DNA of 64,000 bases from Macrostomum lignano (Eukaryota), in assembly GCA_002269645.1 (NCBI GenBank), contig NIVC01000393.1, positions 62,001-126,000 on the forward strand, in the 5' to 3' direction. Numbering within the stretch: position 1 is the first letter of the stretch; the number at the start of each line of letters is the position of its first letter. Position numbers and translations under genes: made by a program. The notes under the pieces are model-generated. The model saw only the letters and a list, made by a program, of their open reading frames with translations, was not told where the DNA came from and searched no databases. Positions 61,255 through 64,000 of the stretch are shown here, piece by piece.

Positions 61255-64000
61255 CTTTGCCGACATGTTGAGTAAATAACTTTATTGCCAGTTATAGTGA
61301 GCCTGTAGGTTTGCCGACACGTTGAGTAAATAACTTTCTTGCCAGTTATAGTGAGCCTGTAGGTTTGCCGATATGTTGAGTAAATAACTTTCTTGCCAGT
61401 TATAGTGAACCTGTAGGTTTGCCGATATGTTGAGTAAATAACTTTCTTGCCAGTTATAGTGAACCTGTAGGTTTGCCGACACGTTGAGTAAATAACTCTC
61501 TTGCCAGTTATAGTGAACCTGTAGGTTTGCCGACACGTTGAGTAAATAACTTTCTTGCCAGTTATAGTGAACCTGTAGGTTTGCCGATATGTTGAGTAAA
61601 TAACTTTCTTGCCAGTTATAGTGAACCTGTAGGTTTGCCGACACGTTGAGTAAATAACTCTCTTGCCAGTTATAGTGAACCTGTAGGTTTGCCGACACGT
61701 TGAGTAAATAACTTTCTTGCCAGTTATAGTGAACCTGTAGGTTTGCCGACACGTTGAGTAAATAACTTTCTTGCCAGTTATAGTGAGCCTGTAGGTTTGC
61801 CGATATGTTGAGTAAATAACTTTCTTGCCAGTTATAGTGAACCTGTAGGTTTGCCGATATGTTGAGTAAATAACTTTCTTGCCAGTTATAGTGAACCTGT
61901 AGGTTTGCCGACACGTTGAGTAAATAACTTTCTTGCCAGTTATAGTGAGCCTGTAGGTTTGCCGATATGTTGAGTAAATAACTTTCTTGCCAGTTATAGT
62001 GAACCTGTAGGTTTGCCGATATGTTGAGTAAATAACTTTCTTGCCAGTTATAGTGAACCTGTAGGTTTGCCGACACGTTGAGTAAATAACTTTCTTGCCA
62101 GTTATAGTGAGCCTGTAGGTTTGCCGATATGCTGAGTAAATAACTTTCTTGCCAGTTATAGTGAGCCTGTAGGTTTGCCGACACGTTGAGTAAATAACTT
62201 TCTTGCCAGTTATAGTGAGCCTGTAGGTTTGCCGACACGTTGAGTAAATAACTTGCCAGTTATAGTGAACCAAGAAGAGAAATGAGTAGGTTTGCCGATA
62301 TGTTGAGTAAATAACTCTCTTGCCAGTTATAATGAGCCTGTAGGTTTGCCGATATGTTGAGTCAATAACTTTCTTGCCAGTTATAGTGAACCTGTAGGTT
62401 TGCCGATATGTTGAGTAAATAACTCTCTTGCCAGTTATAGTGAGCCTGTAGGTTTGCCGATATGTTGAGTAAATAACTTTCTTGCCAGTTATAGTGAGCC
62501 TGTAGGTTTGCCGATATGTTGAGTAAATAACTTTCTTGCCAGTTATAATGAGCCTGTAGGTTTGCCGATATGTTGAGTAAATAACTCTCTTGCCAGTTAT
62601 AGTGAGCCTGTAAGTTTGCCGATATGCTGAGTAAATAACTTTCTTGCCAGTGATAGTGAGCCTGTAGGTTTGCCGATATGTTGAGTAAATAACTTTCTTG
62701 CCAGTTATAGTGAGCCTGTAGGTTTGCCGATATGTTGAGTTAATAACTTTCTTGCCAGTTATAATGAGCCTGTAGGTTTGCCGATATGTTGAGTAAATAA
62801 CTTTCTTGCCAGTTATAGTGAACCTGTAGGTTTGCCGATATGTTGAGTAAATAACTTTCTTGCCAGTTATAGTGAGCCTGTAGGTTTGCCGACACGTTGA
62901 GTAAATAACTTGCCAGTTATAGTGAACCAAGAAGAGAAATGAGTAGGTTTGCCGATATGTTGAGTAAATAACTCTCTTGCCAGTTATAATGAGCCTGTAG
63001 GTTTGCCGATATGTTGAGTAAATAACTTTCTTGCCAGTTATAGTGAGCCTGTAGGTTTGCCGATATGTTGAGTAAATAACTTTCTTGCCAGTTATAGTGA
63101 GCCTGTAGGTTTGCCGATATGTTGAGTAAATAACTTTCTTGCCAGTTATAGTGAGCCTGTAGGTTTGCCGACACGTTGAGTAAATAACTTGCCAGTTATA
63201 GTGAACCAAGAAGAGAAATGAGTAGGTTTGCCGATATGTTGAGTAAATAACTCTCTTGCCAGTTATAATGAGCCTGTAGGTTTGCCGATATGTTGAGTAA
63301 ATAACTTTCTTGCCAGTTATAGTGAGCCTGTAGGTTTGCCGATATGTTGAGTAAATAACTCTCTTGCCAGTTATAATGAGCCTGTAGGTTTGCCGATATG
63401 TTGAGTAAATAACTTTTTTGCCAATTATAGTGAGCCTGTAGGTTTGCCGATATGTTGAGTAAATAACTCTCTTGCCAGTTATAGTGAGCCTGTAGGTTTG
63501 CCGATATGTTGAGTAAATAACTTTCTTGCCAGTTATAGTGAGCCTGTAGGTTTGCCGACACGTTGAGTAAATAACTTGCCAGTTATAGTGAACCAAGAAG
63601 AGAAATGAGTAGGTTTGCCGATATGTTGAGTAAATAACTCTCTTGCCAGTTATAATGAGCCTGTAGGTTTGCCGATATGTTGAGTAAATAACTTTCTTGC
63701 CAGTTATAGTGAGCCTGTAGGTTTGCCGATATGTTGAGTAAATAACTCTCTTGCCAGTTATAGTGAGCCTGTAAGTTTGCCGATATGCTGAGTAAATAAC
63801 TTTCTTGCCAGTTATAGTGAGCCTGTAGGTTTGCCGATATGTTGAGTAAATAACTTTCTTGCCAGTTATAGTGAGCCTGTAGGTTTGCCGATATGTTGAG
63901 TAAATAACTTTCTTGCCAGTTATAATGAGCCTGTAGGTTTGCCGATATGTTGAGTAAATAACTTTCTTGCCAGTTATAGTGAACCTGTAGGTTTGCCGAT
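61255..64000. repeat. 54-bp tandem satellite, running off the window end
   Basis: Unit gttgagtaaataactttcttgccagttatagtgagcctgtaggtttgccgatat. An interrupting variant (aaccaagaagagaaatgag) occurs at ~62270, 62925, 63205 and 63590. Confidence 0.97.

Noticed and set aside
61155-63596. 813-aa ORF
   Set aside because: It is a translation of the 54-bp (18-codon) satellite that happens to lack stops in one frame; there is no non-repetitive domain.

Overview
Repeat-dense eukaryotic (metazoan) genomic window with no intact host gene. TTAGGG tracts, GT-AG introns and the TE families suggest an invertebrate, possibly a flatworm; the taxon is inference. Positions 1-39.5 kb are a nest of MITEs, satellite-bearing non-autonomous elements, RTE LINE fragments, a mariner fragment, a Penelope-like (PLE) tail, a decayed C2H2 zinc-finger pair and a tandem segmental duplication. 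Positions 39.7-44.4 kb hold two different decayed PLE retroelements in tandem, one with an SGNH-esterase-like domain. Positions 44,807-61,169 are a 16.4-kb Polinton/Maverick (polintovirus-type) element with AGTAGT termini. It encodes pPolB (apparently with a spliced leader exon), integrase, major and minor capsids, adenain-like protease and packaging ATPase. Unusually, it also carries a TATA-binding-protein homolog and a PC4-like ssDNA-binding/coactivator homolog. A CTTAAGAA motif sits 21-67 nt upstream of six of the minus-strand genes. Together these suggest an element-encoded late-transcription system, which is the main hypothesis from this window. A 54-bp satellite fills 61.25-64 kb.
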